Assembly: GCA_002633005.1 (NCBI GenBank)
Contig: NMRA01000461.1
Span: 62,001 to 126,000, forward strand
DNA: 64,000 nucleotides
Source of the DNA: Phoronis australis
Lineage: Eukaryota; Animalia; Phoronida
Reading direction: 5' to 3'
A program made the position numbers and the translations under genes. Shown here in pieces: positions 50,971-64,000 of the stretch; positions within the stretch are counted from its first letter, which is position 1, and the number at the start of each line of letters is the position of its first letter. A model generated the notes under the pieces. It was not told the origin of the DNA. It saw only the letters and a program-made list of their open reading frames with translations, and did not search any database.

Positions 50971-52457
50971 TGAAACAGATTGCCTTGACCGAGTATCGAG
51001 GCTCCTGGACATTATCTCCTTCAAGAAAATCAAAACAAAACAATACTACAAAGCATCACTATGGGCGTCGTTTTAGGCATCTGCTGTTTCGTCTGAACTC
51101 ATATTTTGTGTCATTTGGTACGAAGACTAAATGCATGAAGAGAGAGAGGATTTACTCGTGTTGTCACACAACCTGTTTGTAAAACACGTCCAGCGTATTT
51201 CGGTATTAGAAGACATTTGTGTTCGAATTTTGTGAATTTCAGAGTTTGTTTTTTAGACTTACTGTTTCTTACACGAAAGCAGATCTGCCGTGGATAACAA
51301 GGCAAGAGAAGTAGAGCATGGACACAATAAACTGGAAATCTTTCAAATGTTTTCGTGTTCATTTGGTGCTTTACTGAAGGTAAATATCGGTACAGACAGA
51401 AATCTGCAAAAACACAGACATGAATAGCAACTCCAGTATTTACTGGCAACATTAACAACGAAAACAACGGCAGCAATGTTAGCAACTACCATAACAACAA
51501 CTTACGATAACAAGTATTGCAATATATGTAAAGTTAGGCTACAATCATAAAGCCGATAACGGTGGTGAGCATCAACACGAAATTGTAAAAAATACAAAAA
51601 ATACAACCAAATTTTATTATTCGGACTATAATTATTAAAGCATACGAGACATTTTCCGTTCCATCAGACGAAAATCTGAATGATTTCTCTTAAGGGCACG
51701 TCCACGAATGGACCAGGCAAAAAGTGATAAAGGCTACATGTATGTCACGGATTTCCTCGATTGTTTGCATGGTGGTTGGGGTTGATGCCCCAACCTTCAT
51801 ACCAACATTAATTTTTTTGCGTGCGCCACCTTGTGGTTGCTATGGGAACGTGTTGTTTTTCTGCCAATTCCAGGCCTCGTTACAGCTACATTTTGGGACT
51901 TTTTGCTTACTTACCTTGAGAACAATAGTGCAAAATGAAACACTTCAAGTTTATCACTGAATTGAGGTGTCTTTCAACTTGCCAGTCATAGAAAATGTCA
52001 CGGTTTCAGTTACATCTTAGTCGTTTTTGAAGGCTACCAGTTTAGCTAGTCTGTGGTGATTCCAAAATGTTGAAAATTGCCCTACTTCCTGTCTCAATAT
52101 CTCAGCTGAAGCCAACTTTAAAGCGACAAAACTACAAGCAGTGTTTAGATTGGTCTTAGCTCTACAAAATAAAACCAACAAAAGTTCCGGCAATCACCCT
52201 TCTTCATACCGCATCGGGCTCTAGAAGTAGGGCACCTTACCAAAAGTGTGAAACTGGCCAATGTCTGCATAGTAACAAATGTATGCCAGGATTCAAAATA
52301 CAGTTTTGAAATCTTAAAATAGGCGATCGAACATATTAAGGGATATTTTATTTTGTTACTTTACTGAAAAGAATGAGAAGCACAACAAGGCACATTGGTT
52401 TCCTTTGACCCTGACGATAACGCTGCCAATAGCATGTGCAAATACTCACCGTTTCAA

Positions 52458-53349
52458 GTTGGCCCGAACCAGAGGCGATGCAGAGGCTATAGGCGCTCTG
52501 TACGCCGGAAGCTTTTCGACGAATTTTGCCTCGCACCGACTAAACCATCAAAGTCACGTTGTTATAAATACCTTTTGCGCATAGAGAAACACCTTAGGAT
52601 GTTGTCGATGTGTTTAATTCCTTCCAACTCGAACAAATATTCCAGATATGAAACTTTTTCTTCGAGCAGTCCCTATTTCAGTTCCCAAAATCGTAAAATC
52701 AACATTTTCATTTTTTTAAAAACGCCGAAGGTCAGAAGTTGCGAACCTACCGGCGAACTTTGAAAGCTGAAGTTCCCGCCCTTCGCGTACGTGCTGCCGG
52801 GAACGAGCCGTGCATTTGCTGTGTTGTTAGACATTAAAATGTCAAATATGTGCACAAAGACAATTAAATGTCATATCAACAGCATTTATTTTTATCAAAT
52901 ACAAAGAATAATTCATTGAAATACAATCAGTTTCAAGTAACGCCAATTACAAACAAGTATACTGTAAGTGGTGGCATTTTGGAAACGAATATTTGACTGA
53001 CAAGACCGCAGTGGCTCACCTTTGGCCTATTTAAAGATTGAGGTCATGAAATCACATCACCTAGCGAGCGCGGTAAAAATTGGAGCGTGCGCAGTATAAA
53101 AATGCTAAGTTCACGATTTTGGGAACTGAAATAGGGACTGCTCGAAGAAAAAGTTTGATAATGGGAGTATTTGTTCGAGTTGGAAGGAATTAAACACATC
53201 GACAACCTCCTCTGGTGTTCCTCTATGCGCAAAAGGTATTTATAATAACGTGACTTTGATGGTTTAGTCGGTGCGAGGCATAATTCGCCGAAAAGCTTCC
53301 GGCGTACAGAGCGCCTATAGCCTCCGCATCGCCTCTGGTTCGGGCCAAC
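52458..53349. repeat. ~250-bp inverted repeat pair (52458-52708 / 53099-53349)
   Basis: The arms give near-identical conceptual translations on opposite strands in the ORF track (VGPNQRRC.GYRRSVRRKLF...SSPYFSSQNR). Confidence 0.9.
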
Positions 53350-54000
53350 AGAGGCGATGGACATTGCCTGTGTTTCAAGATGCATTGTGGTTGAGTAAAA
53401 AATCTATGAAGTAAGTCTTCAGTTATACATAACTGCGAACAAAAATTCTGAAATTTTAATGTGTGGGTCTGATTGAAATTTAGTTTTCTAATTTTCTCGA
53501 AGTCGGTTGATCGTGTCCTGACGCATCTCAATTCAACGAGTTTTATAAAAAAACAGTAATAGGTGTATTGGGCCGGAATGAGACAACTGCATCTCCATAC
53601 AGTGTATATCACCAAACCCGAACAAATCATACAGCAAAGTAGTTAGTCATAAAAAAGAGATATATTGAAATGGTATGGGATAGATGCTGGGAAATGAAGT
53701 AAAAAATGATCTTATAAGGACAGTCGACTTCCGGTGAAATTGGCGTTGTTGAATAACTTTTTTTTACGCTTCACATTCCGGAAGTCCCCGAACAGCACAC
53801 GTCCAGATGTGGATATGGATGTCTGAATATTCTCGCATTATGGATACCAATGTTTCTTTTAGTTTTTACCGACAACGCATAGAATGATGTATTTGCAGAA
53901 GGTTCGTAGACATTTTAATAAAAAACACAAGAAACCGACTATTTCACACGCAAGATAGCAGAAAAATCAGTTCAGATGTTTTGTGCATCTATCACAGTTT

Positions 54001-54287
54001 CAATGGCGAATTCCGGGAGGGGGCCATACCCCCTTAAATTCTCCCAGATACCATTTTTCAGTTCGGGGTCATAATTGCTGACTAGCATTTTCGTGCACCC
54101 AGGGGGCTCAGGTGGCGAAAACACAGTACAATGGCCTTGAACAAACCCCGTTTACCCTATTTTCTTAGTAATAAGGTCCACAAACCCAAAGTTGCAAGAC
54201 CCCTGCATCCCTACATTTTAGGGTGGGCGCGCGGATGAAGCGAAATTCGGTGCCCTGTCCCCCAACTCAAAATGCTGGACCCGCCCG
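54001..54287 (+). mobile_element. MITE, same family as 21548, 5-bp TSD AGTTT
   Basis: CAATGGCGAATT start and GCTGGACCCGCCCG end, with agttt on both flanks. Shares the aaattctcccagat interior with 21548. Confidence 0.65.
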
Positions 54288-54949
54288 AGTTTAGTATGGA
54301 TATGCAATGGTGTTGGGTGCTTACCATCAGTCAGACTCCAAAAATTCAGAAGTCTCGAGACTAATACATGTACATGTAGTGTCAGCTACTTCATTGAAAA
54401 GTTATAAGGCAATGCATGTGCAGCAAAACGAAAATAAAATACTCAAACATTCAGACTGCATATAGGTGAGCTTAATGGGTAATCCTGCAAAGAGGTTTTG
54501 GAACAAAGTCGGGCAATATTTAAAAACTGTTCTGATTTAAATTATTGTTCATGATGTTAGACAGAGATGCAGCAGAGCAGGTTATACTGTACTTATGTAG
54601 CAAAACAATAAGATAGCCAAACATTAAACCAGCACCAAAGTAGTTTAGAGAATAGTAATACAATATTGAGGCTGATATACAGGTAGGACACAGGCAAATT
54701 ACACGCCATAAATCAAGTAAATAGAAAAGAACAAATGTGGTCACATTTACAAAATGTGATCGAATTAGGTGTAAAATGAGACACCTTTAGTCAGCACAGA
54801 TGACACGTCACGAAATGGAAATAGCATTTTGTTTGACTACTTTTGACATACTGTATTTCAAATGTCTCTGAGTTTTGTATGCATGAAATGTGCTACTGCG
54901 GCAATTCCATTGACTCAACAATCTTTTGTCACAGTTCAAATCGTTGGTC

Positions 54950-57260
54950 TTCCTCAGCGATTCTTTTCATTCTAAAGGCATCAAACTGTGCGAGTTTCCC
55001 AGAATGATTGAGTGCTGCTAAACGGGGAAATATTTAATCTGCTGAGATGAGAGACATTCTTCGGAACATCACTATGACCAGGAACAAGACATTCATGGGT
55101 TACAGATAAAGCTTTGCTGGCTTTTTGTTTGTAATATCGCTAGGATCTTTCGGCAAATTCATCGATGTCAGTTGGAAGCTGGATCCTAACAGGGTTGACT
55201 CTTCCATCAGATGCAGCAGTGAGAAACCTGGAAAACCATCAATTTTGATATATAGCATTGTCACGGCTTCGAAATGCCATAAAGTTAAGACAAGATCCAA
55301 CACTCTTCATGTCACGATACTAATTGAGAAAATTTTATGTTTTAGTACATGATTTTCAGGATAAAAGGAATACAATTGCATCTTCAATAATTTTAGCTAA
55401 ATGCACCTTTCAAAATTTGCCTGATTGGTCACTAACACCATTATGACTTATTTGGAGTACCTAAGCATTCATTACAAGCAGTCTTCCCTCTCAGAGGAAT
55501 TTTCAAACGTTGACAGTTGTGGTGAAATAACTGCCACAGAACTAAACAGATTGTGCACTTATCAACATGGCTCCTCACCATAGACATAGTTCAAGGTCTG
55601 TTAACCCTATCCATTGACTTACAAGCTCTGGCCCAAACTCGCAAAACATAATTTATGCACCCAAAATTCGCAGTGCGTGGAGCCAAATCCACTTTGTCTG
55701 AGAGACATGGTTGACAAGACAGTAAATACAGCATACATACAAAGTGTTTTGTTTGCAAATACAAGGACAATGTTACAGTCCATCAGTAATGTTTTCTACC
55801 AGAAGAGTTAGTAAGACCGTCACCAGTCTTTGATTCAATGCGCAGTTTACAAGCCCTCCAGCCCCGATTATATTTGAGGCAATTTGCAAACATTGTAGTT
55901 ACAAACTCCTGTATCTATGGACAACTTGCGCAGTGAAATTTCCGAGACGCAAAATTCGCTGAATGCACGGCATTTTATTTGTCTACGAGGTTTACATGTA
56001 TAAGCAACCGCAATACAACTGAAATAAAAATCTACTACAACTACAGTTTTGCGATCATTAAATGTTGATGCACTTAAATCCGGTAACCAAGAATCTCAGA
56101 AAAAGGTTTTATGCAACAACACTCCAATTCATTAACTAACTACTTACTAGTACTAGTTCTGTAGTAAGCTCAACAACAGTGGCTAACTTCTTTGGTAAAC
56201 GCTTACAATTTCTGCCTAGACCTGCAATAGAATTTTCTGGAAACTAGGCATAACAGAACTCCCAATAGAATGCTGTATTTTGAATCCCCAAATGTTTTCC
56301 CCAGTCTTATTCTTGAGGTTGAATGCTTCAAGTATTGGGGACCCTAATGGTGGTAAAACTTTAGCCATGTTACTTAAATTAGGCCCCATTGTAATGGGGT
56401 TCCACTGCGTATTTGGAAAATTATGTATCTCTGGTTATACGGATAGAGCAATGTGACCCACTAAAGGTGAATTGGACGAGAAATTGATGTCAGCTAGGAG
56501 ACAAGGGCTCGATGAAATCTTTTGATAATGGACACCAAGTTTCCACTTCTTCACACATGCGCATTCATAAAATGGAATGCATTTCGACAAGCCCTAAATA
56601 TTGAGATAAGGTGAATATTATACTAATACCAGTCAGTACTCTAGTACTCGGGAGTCGCTTTACTTCATGTAGGGTTGTGCCCTTCCTGGCGACTGCAGTC
56701 AGAATCTAGTTGAGAAAGCAATTTTAAAAAAGTCGTTATCAACAGGTATAGAGTATCGATGACCTGGAGCACAATATACCTGACCCAACTGGAATCGATA
56801 CATTCTGTTCTTCCAGAAATTCTTTGTTGACGGTATTTCCCCTTACATCCCAAACTCAAGCTTGGCCTTGGGCTTATAGCCCTTCTGATGTTGAAGGTTG
56901 ACACATATCTTACTTCTACTTGGCCTCCATCTGATACAATGCTGAGATCGACGATTTCCACAAACGGGGGTGGGGGCAAAGTGTTGTAAACAAGCCCACT
57001 GTGACCCTGGCAAGAATCAGCTGCCACTTTCAGTTTCAGCACTGTCACTGAACGGGACTAGGTCGGTGACTTTAACATATTTCAAATGGCTTGCTATGGA
57101 CTTTGTGCAATCAGTTAGTGCTCCAATTGCTTGCTGCATGGTTTCCAGATTCCTTTGAATCTCCATAAACCAGATTTGAAGGATTTTGCCAACGACCATA
57201 TTCTATTAACTACTTCCACCACCTCATCAGCCATTTTTTCTTCAGAGATATCAGAGACAC
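54950..57260 (-). mobile_element. Decayed intron-containing transposase N-terminal remnant (possibly Sola3-like)
   Basis: Frameshifted segments in order: LTDCTKSIASHLKYVKV, WQLILARV, VCGNRRSQHCIRWRPSRSKIC, NVSIPVGS and NPVRIQL...ERS*RYYKQKA. Family assignment is from recall, not from a search. Confidence 0.4.
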
Positions 57261-58439
57261 CTGAAGGGCTTTTCATCAAAATGGTAATTCATAGAAAAAA
57301 AAACAAAACAAAAAATACTAATTTTATTGAATTTTATTTGCTAAGAAGTAAGCCCAATAATTTAACAACCTTTTGAGCACTTTTTAATATCAAACGTCAA
57401 CATTCTCGATGACTAGTAGTTATTGTAACAAGTGCCCACTTTGGCTGAGGTGGCTGCGTACAACTGCTCATTACTATATGAATACATGTGTTTGCCGGTC
57501 GTTTTGATGCCAAATATCTATTCTACTAAGATAGATCAATCCCACAATTAAGTTTCAAAGTGAAAAACTTGGCTTCAGCAGAGATTGACTCATCCAAACC
57601 TTGGCAAGTTATCCATGTTTTCTGCTTGTATGACCCCAATACCCTTCAAACCCGAAATTTGGAAGTTAAGGTGCAACTTGACACATTTATTTTTCATTTT
57701 TACAAAGACAATTTATGCGTTTATACAAAACAGTAGCTAATTAGCTATTTCATTTTCTAGTACCTTTTGAAATTACTTACAATGTCACAAAATCTGCGAT
57801 TATTGGGATAAGTTCTGATTGTTGTTTTCAGTGAAAACTGAGGTACCCGACTTTTAAGCTACCTAACGCGATAGAATTTGTTGAAAGTGCATTTTAGTAA
57901 TTACCATAAGAAAGTAAACAAAAATGCATAATATGATCCCAATCCGCCACATAGGGTTTATCACCCCTGTATGGATTTTGCCTGGTCTGAAGTGTACTGC
58001 ACTCTTAAGTTTTTGAAAGTTATTGCGCGTTTTAAGAATCAACTAACGGGCCTGTGCAGTACATGGACTTACGTCATTCACATATCTAGCAATTCTATAT
58101 AACGCGCAGCGCAATAATACCGACACTTTTAAGGCCTGACGACAGACATTGGTCAAACACTTTAACTTGAGCTACTCAAATTGCTGCCGGCGTATCGACT
58201 TTATACATGTAGTTTATTCCACGTGCAGGAGCTGCTTGGCGCGTTTTGCAAGAGTGGAACATTGTTTTGTTTTCTCCGAAACTTACCATCAGCCTTTTAC
58301 GTTGTAAGTCAGAAGATCAGATTAGACCTAGACTTGTTTATACAGAAAATAAAACAAAAATATAAAAATTCATTGTCTCTAGGCATAAAAGTGCTTGCTT
58401 TGTAATCTAAGCCACTTTTTGTTTAGGCTCATGTTGATT

Positions 58440-59330
58440 GTACGTTTTGCACAATCGGTTACATAGAGTGGACGACGAATTCTTCATCGGGATGAGCTCT
58501 CGTCCAAGTCGGAATTGTGAGTTGCCATGTTGACGTTTATAACTGAGCGTTCTGTTTCAAAATATTCTCTCACTTACGGTTGCTTATATCAAACTGAAAC
58601 AAAGCCTGTCTCATTAGATGCATTTTGTAATGCCTTTAGAGTGTTCGTGAGTGCAAATGACTTGAGAAGCCATCGATGAATAAACCGTTGCGTTACCGAC
58701 TTTAGGTGCAATAAAACTACATGTAATTTACGGAACACCGAAGCCGTGTAATCTCATGGTAATCCAGTGTTTGGTGACAGAAACTTTTGTGAAACAACTC
58801 GATTTCTATCCCACGGCCATTTGTTACGGAAATTTTTATTTACATTTACATTATTCAAATGATTGTTAATGTACAACTTCTGCCCTGACGTTCTGTTGCT
58901 AAAGCGGAACCTGAATTCGCAGCACACGACCTGTAAGTAAATTTTGCAGTTTCGTGGCTAATTCACCAACATACACTGTAATCACGTGCACTTTACTTCT
59001 TTGGCTCACTAATGTAGTATTTTCTTGACTAGAAGTTTGATCTCCAGCTTTGGCTGGTTTATGTTCGTGATGTCTGATCTGTTCCCGAGCCACTGACCGG
59101 GATAACAAACCTTTTGTGTGTTTAGAGCTCAAACCACCACGGGTCTAAACAACGCATATCTAGGTTCTCCTGTATGTATCACACAGAAAAATACTTCTAA
59201 TTTATCTCCGAATAAACCCCAACATCCTGCTATCGACCTTATTGACGTACCAGATTTTGTAGACTGCGGTGTGTCCAAATACCAATAAATCCGTAACCAC
59301 TTTTTATAAGAACTCGGTGTATTGTTATGG
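58440..59330 (-). mobile_element. Diverged inverted copy of the interior of the 33240-34935 Kolobok-type element
   Basis: 58580-58710 is the reverse complement of ~34165-34295, and 59150-59300 of ~33535-33680. Ends not resolved. Confidence 0.65.
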
Positions 59331-59652
59331 GTTTTACCTCGTATTTTGATGATTTGTTGTTGTTAAACGATGAAGTAAGGATGAAACCTCATGATTTGAC
59401 ATTGGAACGATTGATCTGTAGCTTTGTGCGTGAAAAGGAGTCAAACAATGCTACAAGACTAGAGTATTGTCGACTCCTGCCATATCAGGTTCAGTTCAAA
59501 CCAACAAAACCGGAAGAGGTTTGCACTACGTAAATATTTACTTAATTGTCACCAAATTTCTGAAGTAAGTTAAGTTGATAAAGTTAAACCGAGTTGTATT
59601 TTTCAAACGCTGAATTATCCCTGTTTTGGACGATATGTACTAGGTCTGGATT

Positions 59653-59654
<2 letters not shown>

Positions 59655-59699
<45 letters not shown>
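59655..59699. repeat. (GT)n microsatellite
   Basis: Perfect GT run. Confidence 0.97.
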
Positions 59700-59701
<2 letters not shown>

Positions 59702-62087
59702 AAAAGGAAAATAATGCGTTGTGAATCTCGTCGTTGAATGTCTTCGACATCTGAAACACGTATCTAAGGATTTGAGCTAGCCAGTACGTTTTCCAGTAAA
59801 CTTTCGTTGTCACGGATTGCTAAAGGAATCTTATGTTTCGCTATAATTTGTTCGAGTCTGAGTTTCTAGTTGACCGTTGACCACTAAGTCCCAGAATCGT
59901 ATCCGGGTAAACCACACTGTACTCGAGCACATAATACCTTACTTGAGTTCGTACAGTGTACTATAGCTGGATGTAACACATTAAAAAATCGAGTTTGATT
60001 TGGAGCTGGAAGATAAGACTCCGGACCAGGAGTCACAGGGTTTACTTAGAGACACGGTGGGGGAAGTCTTTCAGCTAATCACATTTGGTGAAGAGCTTGT
60101 AAATCAATGGCGTGTGATCATTTGCAGTACTTCGAAGATGGCTTATAATTGCGTGTACTTGTCACGAGCAGACTAGAGCGACGTCTTTCGTGAAAAAAAG
60201 GCATGCGATAATACAAGATTTGAGTGAAATCGCCTAAAAAGGTTCCGTATCCTTTAACGACCGGATGTTTTTTACTGGAACACCATGCTCGTAGACAGTA
60301 TGGCGCGGCGGGTGGTTCGAATTTCATAATTGGTAGACCTTTTGATCATATTTCGCAAACGTCGCCCAATTTTCAGTAGCTCACTTACACAGCTGAAAAT
60401 GGCAGACTGAAAACCCGTACACGTACATGTATGCACGACAATGACTCTTGGTGACTTCAGTTTCCTGAGACGGGACAGAATTCTTTGACAAATCTCAGAA
60501 ATGAAGAAACCACGAATACCCGCAAAAAGGGGACGCAAATTTGGACATATTGTGGTCCATAGAGCACCCATTGTGGATTGGTAAGCGTTACCCTCTGAAT
60601 CACGCGTACTTTTTGAATTGGGTGATTATTCTCCAACACTTTCTCAGAAAGAAAAATTTAGTCAGAGAATGACTTTTGGAATTTTTTGCCAGATTATTCA
60701 TATTGCTCGCAGTGTTGGAAATGAGAACAGCCCTTCAATCCGAAGACATTACTCCAAAAGTTCACAATACCAAAGGGTCACGAATATTCATACTGTGGTG
60801 TAATTTTAATACTTTCAAATGGAAGGATGCACACATTTTGGTTTAGACGCAGTGGGTACCTGGTATGTACTTTACCGAGAACAACGCCCGGTTATTAATA
60901 CACTTTAACTGTTTGGGTTTCTCGCACTCGTGAGACAGGACACCACAGCATTTCATAGGGATAATGAACAATGAATACAAAATATTGGTGAATTATCAAC
61001 CTTGACACGTTAACTAACAATAATCATTCCCATGAATGAATTATCACAGAGCGTCTCAAGAGTTTATTCGTTGCGTTTCAGCCTCACCCACCGCAGGTTC
61101 GGAAGTAAATGTAGTAGGCTACCCTATCAATGCCAGTCTTCACGAAGTCAGAGAGTCACTTCCTGTGTTACCAACTTAAAGGGCGCCCGTAAGTCGCTGC
61201 ATCCAAGAAATAGAACTTTTCCGTGCCCCAGATGCTGTCCCTGTTTGAAAATGACATTTAAGATTGCGCGTGATTGGTAGTGAGCTCATTCCCACACAAT
61301 TCAATCAGAGTTTTAAGAGCTACCGGGTATTCAACATATGCAAAGCCTTTGAATGTTTACCCAGTGAACACAAATACAATATTTTATGAATGTCTGTTCC
61401 GCCTGAAGAGCAGACATTCAGAGTCGGACTTTGGAACTTGGTTTCGTAAGTGTGAAACTTAGGATTAGTGATGTGTAACATTGGAAATCTCTTCATCAAG
61501 TTGGTTGCTCGGATGAAGTCTGCCAGGTTGTGCACCACTGGCAATACCTTGAAAGAGAACAGTTTACTTCCTTGACTAAAGAGTTTTATGAGGTCTAAAT
61601 ATTTTTTCCTTCATGTGAATATGCTCGTCGGTGGGATTTTTTTTTGTTTGAAAGAAAACACAGTGGTGGCATACATGTACTTGCTTTTTAAACAACGACA
61701 GAGAATTCTTTATTATAGTTACGTATACGGTAATTAAGAGAGTGAAAACGCACACATCACATACGCGTTGATTCACCAATCCACAACCTAAGTGTGCATG
61801 GACGAACCAAAACTATGGCAAAAGATCAGAAAACAAAGCTATCTTCTGCTCTGTTGTCCGATGACCGATTTCAAGCCTTTCACATACTTACTCTCTGGGT
61901 GTAGGCCCGCGTTACCCAATGATACAGTCAAAAAGCGCGTATAACGCGATAGTTGGTGTCTAGTGACTGTCGTAAATAAAGCAACATCTAATCGTAGTCT
62001 GCACAAACCTTTAATCTAACAAAGAAACACATGGCTACTTGGCAACGTTGTATACGTACTTCTCAAGTCATTACGTAAAGCACTTTG

Positions 62088-62255
62088 AAGGGGGATCCAT
62101 GATGTTTAGTTAGGGGGTGGAGGGTGGGGCGAGGCAGAGTATTATCCAGGATTGTGTCCGTCAGACTATTGCACCCCCGTCTGTCTAATGGATTGTGGGA
62201 GAGTTTTAAGGGGATTGGGGAATGACCCCGTTTGCTCTCTCTCGATCCGTCACTG
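62088..62255 (-). mobile_element. MITE, same family as 21548, reverse orientation, TSD CTTTG(A)
   Basis: Ends GATCCGTCACTG (reverse complement CAGTGACGGATC) with ctttg on both flanks. Confidence 0.65.
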
Positions 62256-62429
62256 CTTTGATTCAGAATGAAACCTGAAATGATCAGTAATTTTATTATT
62301 ATCGTTGTTAGTAGTAACAGTGAAATCTACTACTATGTTGTTGACATTGTTCTTTATCTTTGTCCAATGCATAACGGATACACTGAGACGGAACCTTTTC
62401 CGCGGTGGGGNAACTCGCAAAATCCGTAG

Positions 62430-62522
62430 TTAATGGCCTGAGCATGAACCCATGAGCATCGAAAAGGTATCCAGAGCGATGTCACCCTTTTCTGAACGTC
62501 CTCTTCTTCCAGTGAAGACAAG
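62430..62522 (-). CDS. Terminal MAM exon of a second, upstream gene (rest apparently outside the window)
   Basis: tttgttccag acceptor, phase 0. LVFTGRRGRSEKGDIALDTFSMLMGSCSGH* has the MAM GDIALD motif. AATAAA lies at 62297-62292. Confidence 0.85.
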   Translation of the reverse strand, partial: LVFTGRRGRSEKGDIALDTFSMLMGSCSGH

Positions 62523-63164
62523 CTGGAACAAAGTAAGTAACGCAGGGAATATTTTGACATTTCCACCCATTTGCAAGCCAACGGATGGCTCCAAGTTGTC
62601 AATCAGTCTTTCGATGCCAGCCAATCAGGTGGCAGAAATATGTAAACACGGCTATAGTTCGACATGTATCTACCACAATCATCGGTTGTGAAAGAAAGCG
62701 TACATGTAATGACACGAGGGAAGTGCAATGAAGATCAACGATATATGGAGAACGAACTAGTGACCTGTTGGCATGGATACATATGGCGATATGACAGGTT
62801 ATTTTAAGATAAAATCATGAGATTTAGCACAATTGTACTTTAGATTGTAATGATATTTTTTACGGGCTGTAGTGTAGGGTGCCATACAGTTTCTAGGAAA
62901 TTTCCTCATAACAATCCTGATGAAGCCAGTTGTAGCACCGAGATACTTTTTAGCCATTTTCAAGGAGGTCTAAGCATTGTACTACTGTGATGGTAATTTT
63001 AAGAGAAATCGGCTGAAATAGTAACCTTTTGACAGTGGTTAGCATTTGATTGCTGCATGGAAATTTATATATAGTAATAAAAGCAAAACCAGAACCACTG
63101 GAATAGAAAATGGCCACTTTGAGAGAAGGGTATCGGTCTGTTTCTTAGCAAAATGTGTGTTGTG

Positions 63165-63240
63165 GGTACATGTATGCGTGCATGTGCGTGTGTGTGTTTG
63201 TGTGTGTTTGTGCGTGCACGTGTGTATTTGTATAGGTGTG
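63165..63240. repeat. Imperfect (GT)n microsatellite
   Basis: Interrupted GT/GC run. Confidence 0.85.
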
Positions 63241-64000
63241 TCAAATAGACAGACTTCCAACCATTTGTACAACAGAGTTTAGGAGACCAAGTAGAACATT
63301 CGAAGACGATGTGACAATTAAGTCATTTATTGAGAAGTAATAATGGATGTTAAGGAGGTAATTACAACAAACTGCGCGAGAGAGAAGCCTCGTTTAAAAA
63401 TGATTTACCAGCGTTTTCTAGTCGTGGCAAAATCATACCAATTCTTGTAAGGACAGTAAAGATTCTAGGAAACTGGTTAACAACATTCTGAAGGTCGTGG
63501 TAACGTGTCAGCTACAAGAGGCCAGATGGAGAAATGGATGACGGTGGTGGACATGTGTGGCCTACCAGATTAATAAAGGCTTGGATATACCAACACGGCG
63601 TACTACCTCGAATATTTTGGCTATTAATGCTTTACGATGTGCCATTTGAAAAGAAAAAAATCTGAGAGATCCGATAGCACTTATCTGAGAAGATGATTAG
63701 GGGTATCATTGTTAGAAACCAGTGCTAATCACGTGTGTTGACTCTTTTTGCATTTATTCGAACGGCAATTTTCAAATAAATTTTGGAGTGTGCTACTACA
63801 CAATTCTTTCAAAACACACCTGGCTAATTAGAAAACCATCCTCTCAGTTCACGTTTCGTTCAAAAGAGTTCGCAATCTCATATAAAGAAATCGGTCATTA
63901 AAATATCACTTGCAAAAACATGATTCCTTCGTATGTTTCCGATTCCGCCAGAATAAAATGTCAGAATTGTACATGTACTCTAGTTTCTGAATAACATACA

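Noticed and set aside
1-64000. CRISPR arrays, operons or other prokaryotic systems
   Set aside because: No regularly spaced short repeats with unique spacers and no long ORFs. The DNA is intron-rich and eukaryotic.

Overview
AT-rich eukaryotic DNA with spliced genes, probably a marine invertebrate (lophotrochozoan-like repeat content; the taxon is inference). There is one 460-N gap at 23391-23850. The ORF track is mostly uninformative, so exons were reconstructed by hand from splice sites and reading frames. The main feature is a ~44-kb minus-strand gene (about 46988 to 2612) predicted to encode a secreted protein of roughly 840 aa: signal peptide, an unrecognised ~270-aa region, one EGF domain, six Sushi/CCP domains (each a 177-nt phase 1-1 exon) and a C-terminal MAM domain. 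A truncated seventh Sushi exon is also present. Two Sushi exons arose from a recent intragenic duplication (about 9.2-24.3 kb versus 24.4-32.4 kb). A second MAM terminal exon at 62430-62522 points to an upstream tandem paralog. Introns and intergenic DNA hold decayed L1/Tx1 LINEs, a Helentron/HINE-type dimer with a nested TTAA Kolobok-type element, a MITE family with 5-6 bp TSDs and transposase remnants. The two most unusual signals are a ~410-bp element made of a tRNA-like Pol III head flanked by inverted arms that each carry a Penelope-type minimal hammerhead motif, and repeated TA-to-TACATGTA micro-insertions that look like Tc1/mariner excision scars.
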